From Candidatus Marinacidobacterales bacterium (GTDB lineage: Bacteria; Acidobacteriota; Vicinamibacteria; Marinacidobacterales; DATDRI01), in assembly GCA_965219415.1 (NCBI GenBank), contig CBDCNP010000002.1, forward strand, positions 2,368,001 to 2,432,000: a stretch of 64,000 nucleotides of DNA, given 5' to 3'. A program made the translations under genes and the position numbers. The notes below the pieces were generated by a model that had not been told where the DNA came from, made no database searches, and saw only the letters and a list, made by a program, of their open reading frames with translations. Of this stretch, positions 59,485 through 64,000 are shown piece after piece (position 1 is the first letter of the stretch; the number at the start of each line of letters is the position of its first letter).

Positions 59485-61245
59485 ATGAGCGACGCTCATG
59501 ACCATGAGCCCCAGAGCTTCATAAGTAAGTACGTCTTTAGCTTCGATCACAAGATGATCGGCAAGCAGTACTTGATCCTCGCGATGTCCATGGCCGTGAT
59601 CGGGGGCTTACTGGCCATGTTGATCCGCCTCCAGCTCGGTTGGCCGGGAACGCAATGGCCGATCCTCGGCAGTCTCATGCCCGTCGGAATGGCGAGCGGC
59701 GTGATGACCCCGGAGTTCTATGTCTCGCTCTTCACCATGCATGGCACCATCATGGTCTTCTTCGTTCTGTCGCTGGCTCCGGTGAGTGGATTCGGGAACC
59801 TTCTCATCCCACTCCAGATCGGTGCCCGGGACATGGCCTTCCCCTTTCTGAACATGCTCTCGTTCTGGACCGTTGTGCCGGGGGCCCTCATCATTATTGT
59901 TTCTTTCTTTGTGACCGGAGGCGCCGCCGCATCCGGGTGGACCGCCTACCCGCCCTTGAGCGCTGTGAAAGCCGCCATACCGGGCTCTCAACTCGGCCAG
60001 ACACTGTGGATCGTCGGTATGGTGTTCTTTATCGCCGCTTTCACAATGGGCGGGCTCAACTTCGTGGTCACGATCCTCAACTTGAGGACCAAGGGCCTGT
60101 CGATGTTGCGGCTTCCGTTGACAACATGGGCCCAGTTTCTCGTGGGCGTTTTGGGATTGCTATCTTTTCCAGCTTTGGCGGCGGGCGGTATACTGCTTCT
60201 CTTCGACCGCCACGCCGGCACGAGCTTTTTCCTTCCCGCCGGAATGTATGTCGCCGATCAACTGTTGCCCAACCAGGGGGGGACACCGTTGCTCTGGCAG
60301 CACCTTTTTTGGTTTCTAGGCCATCCCGAGGTGTACATCATCATGCTCCCGGCTTTGGGATTCACCTCGGACATTCTGGCCGCCGGCGCCCGACGCCCCA
60401 TCTTCGGCTATCGATCGATGGTCTACGCCATGATCTCCATCGCCACCTTGAGCTTCTTGGTTTGGGGGCATCACATGTTCTTGAGCGGCATGAGCCCGTT
60501 CCTGGGAAGTGTGTTCGTGACGACCACGCTGGCGATTGCCATCCCATCCGCGGTCAAGGTCTTCAATTGGCTGGCCACGTTGTGGAAGGCGAGGATACGT
60601 TTCAGCACACCCATGCTCTTCGCGCTGGCCATTGTGTCACTCTTCGTGACCGGTGGCCTTACAGGCGTCTTCCTGGGCACGAACGCCGTCGACATTCAGC
60701 TACACGATACTTACTTCGTGGTGGCCCACTTCCACTTCATCATGGCCGGTGCGGGACTCTTCGGAGCACTCGCCGCGACCTACTTTTGGTACCCGAAGAT
60801 GTACGGCCGGCATATGAGCGAAAAGTGGGGGAAGGTGCACTTCTGGCTCACGTTCATCACGTACTACGGAACCTTTTTCCCAATGCACTACCTAGGAATC
60901 TCGGGGATGATACGGCGCATTTATGACCCGAACGTCTATCAGTATCTACAACCGCTGCAACCGGTAAACACCTTTATCACCATCAGCGCCTTCATCCTCG
61001 GAGCCGCCCAGCTGATTTTCTTGGCAAACTTTTTCCTGAGCATCTACAAGGGCAAGAAGGCCGAGGCCAATCCTTGGGAAAGTAACACTATCGAGTGGTC
61101 GACGCCGGTACCACCCGGGCACGGCAATTGGGAAGGCGACATACCCGAGGTCCACCGCGGGCCCTATGAGTACAACGTGCCCGGGGCGAAGGAAGACCAC
61201 GTACCGCAGTGGGCGGCTCCGGTCAAAGCGGAGACCAAGGGTTAG
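59485..61245 (+). CDS. coxA: Cytochrome c oxidase subunit I, type A1
   Basis: DHKMIG, MHG, ARDMAFP, GWTAYPPL, GHPEVY, VWGHHM and HDTYFVVAHFH motifs. Confidence 0.97.
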   Translation: MSDAHDHEPQSFISKYVFSFDHKMIGKQYLILAMSMAVIGGLLAMLIRLQLGWPGTQWPILGSLMPVGMASGVMTPEFYVSLFTMHGTIMVFFVLSLAPVSGFGNLLIPLQIGARDMAFPFLNMLSFWTVVPGALIIIVSFFVTGGAAASGWTAYPPLSAVKAAIPGSQLGQTLWIVGMVFFIAAFTMGGLNFVVTILNLRTKGLSMLRLPLTTWAQFLVGVLGLLSFPALAAGGILLLFDRHAGTSFFLPAGMYVADQLLPNQGGTPLLWQHLFWFLGHPEVYIIMLPALGFTSDILAAGARRPIFGYRSMVYAMISIATLSFLVWGHHMFLSGMSPFLGSVFVTTTLAIAIPSAVKVFNWLATLWKARIRFSTPMLFALAIVSLFVTGGLTGVFLGTNAVDIQLHDTYFVVAHFHFIMAGAGLFGALAATYFWYPKMYGRHMSEKWGKVHFWLTFITYYGTFFPMHYLGISGMIRRIYDPNVYQYLQPLQPVNTFITISAFILGAAQLIFLANFFLSIYKGKKAEANPWESNTIEWSTPVPPGHGNWEGDIPEVHRGPYEYNVPGAKEDHVPQWAAPVKAETKG

Positions 61246-61248
61246 CGC

Positions 61249-62175
61249 GTGAGAGAAGCCGTCGAGCTCGAAGCGACCGAACGCACTCACGAGCAGGGTG
61301 TCCTCGGCGCCATCGCACAGAAGCTGGGCGACTATTTCGTCCTCTCGAAGGCGAGGCTGTCCCTGTTGGTGCTTTCCTCGGGTCTCGTCGGATTTTGGCT
61401 TGCCTCGGGGGCATCACCCAACTTCGCGAAGCTGAGTCTCTTCGGGGTGGGTGCGCTGCTCGTTATTGCCGGGGCGAATGCCTACAACGAAGTCGCCGAG
61501 CGCGATCAAGACCGACTCATGGAACGGACCGCTCGACGACCGCTGCCCGCCGGCCGGATGAGCGTACGGGAGGCCACGGTGGCGGCAAGCTTGATGTCGG
61601 CTGCGGGGTTGGGCACTCTCCTGTGGTCCACGAACGTCCTCACCGCTACGCTGGCGGTGCTGGCATTGGTTGTTTACGTCTTCGTCTACACGCCCCTCAA
61701 GCGGGTGACGCACTGGTCGACATTTGCGGGGGCCCTCTCCGGCGCCATTCCCACTTTGATGGGTTGGAGTGCGGTAACGAACGGACTCGGGCAGCCGGCG
61801 TGGATCCTCTTCGGGATCCTTTTTCTTTGGCAATTCCCCCACACCTGGGCCATCGCATCGACCTATAGGGAGGACTACGCTCGGGTCGGGCATCGGGTGC
61901 TGCCTTTGGTCGATGCCAGAGGCATCAGTACACGGGCGCAGATGATCGCTTTTTGTCTGGCCTTGATAGCGGTCAGCGTTTTGCCCTCGGCCACCGGAGT
62001 CGCGGGGTCGAGCTACTTGGTCGGCGCGCTCGTCATGGGTCTCGTCCTACTTGGTTACGCTATTCGTTTCGGCGCGGGGCGCTCGCGTAGATTGGCTATC
62101 CAACTGATGGCAGCCACTCTTGTCTACATGCCGGTGCTGCTGACGTTGCTCGTTCTCGACAAGCGGAGCTTCTGA
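61249..62175 (+). CDS. cyoE: Heme o synthase (protoheme IX farnesyltransferase)
   Basis: ERDQDRLMERTARRPLP, YTPLKR and LWQFPH motifs. Confidence 0.94.
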   Translation: MREAVELEATERTHEQGVLGAIAQKLGDYFVLSKARLSLLVLSSGLVGFWLASGASPNFAKLSLFGVGALLVIAGANAYNEVAERDQDRLMERTARRPLPAGRMSVREATVAASLMSAAGLGTLLWSTNVLTATLAVLALVVYVFVYTPLKRVTHWSTFAGALSGAIPTLMGWSAVTNGLGQPAWILFGILFLWQFPHTWAIASTYREDYARVGHRVLPLVDARGISTRAQMIAFCLALIAVSVLPSATGVAGSSYLVGALVMGLVLLGYAIRFGAGRSRRLAIQLMAATLVYMPVLLTLLVLDKRSF

Positions 62176-62177
62176 AG

Positions 62178-62819
62178 ATGCCTGACGTATTGACCAAACC
62201 GGTTGCCAAGGCGGGAGGAGGCGGCATTGGCATCGGCGCAGACGCCGGTGATTTCGGCGATGGAAGAGGGCGCGAAGGCTCGCCTCCGTTCGACACGGCG
62301 CGTCTGGGACTCTGGGTCTTCTTGGGCTCGGTCACAATGCTCTTTGCGGCCTTCACGAGTGCTTATCTCGTACGGCGTGCCGGATCGGATTGGGCTCCCC
62401 TTCAAATACCATCGGTGTTGTGGGTGAGCACCGCAGTGCTGCTTGCGAGCAGCGTCACCATGGAACTGGCGCGTCGCTACTTCCAGGACTGGAAACCGCT
62501 GGCCTCCCGAAAGTGGATGGCGGCGACGTTCGTCCTCGGCGTGTCGTTCATCTGTGGACAGCTGCTGGCGTGGCAGCAGCTCGCCGATCAGGGAATCTTT
62601 CTCCAGAGTCACCCGCACAGCTCGTTCTTTTATGTGTTCACCGCGGTCCATGCAGTACACGTACTGGGAGGGATTGCGGCGTTGCTCTACGTGCTGGTTC
62701 AGTCGTGGCGTTACAAGCTGGCGCCGGGGATTTCGAGCGCCCCGGCTTTATGCGCGACGTACTGGCACTTTGTGGATGCGGTCTGGATCTATCTGTTCGT
62801 AGTTTTGTTCGTGATCTAG
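62178..62819 (+). CDS. Cytochrome c oxidase subunit III-like (first copy)
   Basis: LWVFLGSVTMLFAAFTSAY, HAVHVLGG and YWHFVD motifs. Confidence 0.9.
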   Translation: MPDVLTKPVAKAGGGGIGIGADAGDFGDGRGREGSPPFDTARLGLWVFLGSVTMLFAAFTSAYLVRRAGSDWAPLQIPSVLWVSTAVLLASSVTMELARRYFQDWKPLASRKWMAATFVLGVSFICGQLLAWQQLADQGIFLQSHPHSSFFYVFTAVHAVHVLGGIAALLYVLVQSWRYKLAPGISSAPALCATYWHFVDAVWIYLFVVLFVI

Positions 62820-62844
62820 GACCGGGAATGGTCAAGGAGGCAAG

Positions 62845-63459
62845 ATGAACCAAAGCGCAGCTAGCCAGACCGCCGAATCGGTCTGGGGGGGCGGCGTCGC
62901 TCCATTCGCCACCAGCTGGCAAAAGCTGATGATGTGGATCTTCATCGTGACGGACGGCCTGCTTTTTGGAGGCTTGCTGGTGGGATACGGGGTAATGCGG
63001 GTGGCGAACGGTAGCTGGCCTGATCAGGCTGAAGTATTTCACATGAACTTCATTGCCTTGATGACCTTCACCCTGATAACCAGCAGTCTCTTCATGGCGT
63101 CTGCGGTGGGTGGGGCTCAAGCGGGAAGAAAGTCCCACGTCACTTTGTACGTTTGGCTGACCATCGTAGGAGGCCTGAGCTTCTTGGGAATGCAGGCCTA
63201 CGAGTGGTCTACCGTCATCCACGAAGGGGCACGGCTGACCAGCAACCCGTGGGGAATCCCTCAGTTCGGTGCCTCTTTCTTCATTATCACCGGGTTCCAC
63301 GGAATGCACGTCGTCACTGGCGTGACGATTCTGTTGGTTGTGGGTATCCGTTCCGCGATGGGGCGTTACTCCGCGGAGGGTGTCGAGATTGCGGGTTTGT
63401 ATTGGCACTTCGTCGACCTGGTTTGGGTCTTCATTTTCGCCTTCTTCTATCTGATCTGA
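62845..63459 (+). CDS. Cytochrome c oxidase subunit III-like (second copy)
   Basis: KLMMWIFIVTD, TGFHGMHV and GLYWHFVDLVW motifs. Confidence 0.92.
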   Translation: MNQSAASQTAESVWGGGVAPFATSWQKLMMWIFIVTDGLLFGGLLVGYGVMRVANGSWPDQAEVFHMNFIALMTFTLITSSLFMASAVGGAQAGRKSHVTLYVWLTIVGGLSFLGMQAYEWSTVIHEGARLTSNPWGIPQFGASFFIITGFHGMHVVTGVTILLVVGIRSAMGRYSAEGVEIAGLYWHFVDLVWVFIFAFFYLI

Positions 63460-63478
63460 CGCGCGGGGAGAGAAAAGG

Positions 63479-63790
63479 ATGACAACAGAGTCACATGGAT
63501 ACGGGATCTATTGGATCGTCTGGGGGGTCTTGCTGGTCCTGACCTTCGTGATGATCTTCATAGGCGACGCGGATCTGAGTTATTTGGCAAAAGCCTCTTT
63601 GTTAATGCTCGGAGCGGCCGCCAAGGCATCGTTGATCATCTACTACTTCATGCACATGCGCTTGGAGAAGGCGGGGCTTGCTGTTATCGTTCTCGTCGGT
63701 CTCTTTCTCACGGGTTCCCTGATGTTTGCCCTACCGGCATACGATGGATCGAACGTCTTCCAGCACCTGTTGTATCCGCCCGGCCATTAG
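63479..63790 (+). CDS. Cytochrome c oxidase subunit IV family protein
   Basis: YWIVWGVLLVLT and KASLIIYYFMHMRLE motifs. Confidence 0.9.
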   Translation: MTTESHGYGIYWIVWGVLLVLTFVMIFIGDADLSYLAKASLLMLGAAAKASLIIYYFMHMRLEKAGLAVIVLVGLFLTGSLMFALPAYDGSNVFQHLLYPPGH

Positions 63791-63796
63791 AGAGCG

Positions 63797-64000
63797 ATGT
63801 CTCTAACCAAACGTATCGCCGTCATGCTGGCCGTGGTGGGCCTGGTGGTCCTTCTGGCGGCGGGGCCGTTGGCCGCCCAGTGCGCCATGTGCCGCACCGC
63901 CCTCAGCGAGTCCCCCGAGGGCCGGCAGTTGCAGGGAGGGTTCAACAACGCCATTCTTTTCCTCCTTCCTTTCCCTTATCTCGTCTTCGGAACGCTCGCC
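63797..64000 (+). CDS. Small cox-operon-associated membrane protein with QCAMC motif (3' partial)
   Basis: Manual translation MSLTKRIAVMLAVVGLVVLLAAGPLAAQCAMCRTALSESPEG...GFNNAILFLLPFPY. Confidence 0.75.
   Translation, partial: MSLTKRIAVMLAVVGLVVLLAAGPLAAQCAMCRTALSESPEGRQLQGGFNNAILFLLPFPYLVFGTLA

Noticed and set aside
62178-63459. Novel duplication of oxidase subunit III
   Set aside because: Two short subunit-III-like genes are a known arrangement in several phyla

Overview
GC-rich bacterial chromosomal segment, most consistent with Acidobacteriota. This is an inference from the PadR + ADOP-type permease pair, the ADHELALAA tmRNA tag and the layout of the respiratory operon. The left ~43 kb is heavily eroded accessory DNA. 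It holds five IS256-family copies of three types, an IS5 plus an orphan IS5 end, an ISL3, MITE-like elements and a 2x104-bp tandem repeat. It also holds well over a dozen truncated, frameshifted, nonsense-mutated or internally deleted genes (MscS, a PD-(D/E)XK-like protein, an HTH-DNA methyltransferase, MFS, rtcB, ArsR, PadR, ADOP, MarC, serine racemase, alkyl sulfatase, slt). Intact genes in this part include a VPS10/BNR hydrolase, xth, typA, an MltF-like protein and otsB-GH15-otsA. tmRNA lies at 41293-41640 (-), followed by a REP-like hairpin cassette, a small GIY-YIG nuclease and a tandem PARP-type zinc-finger gene. The right ~20.5 kb has no visible lesions: aminotransferase, TPR/CxxC protein, MDR dehydrogenase, glutaredoxin, heterodimeric ABC exporter, HEAT protein, and one operon joining a Rieske/cytochrome b6-type complex, an octaheme cytochrome c and an A1 heme-copper oxidase. 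No CRISPR array was seen. All family calls are from motif recognition by eye, not database searches.
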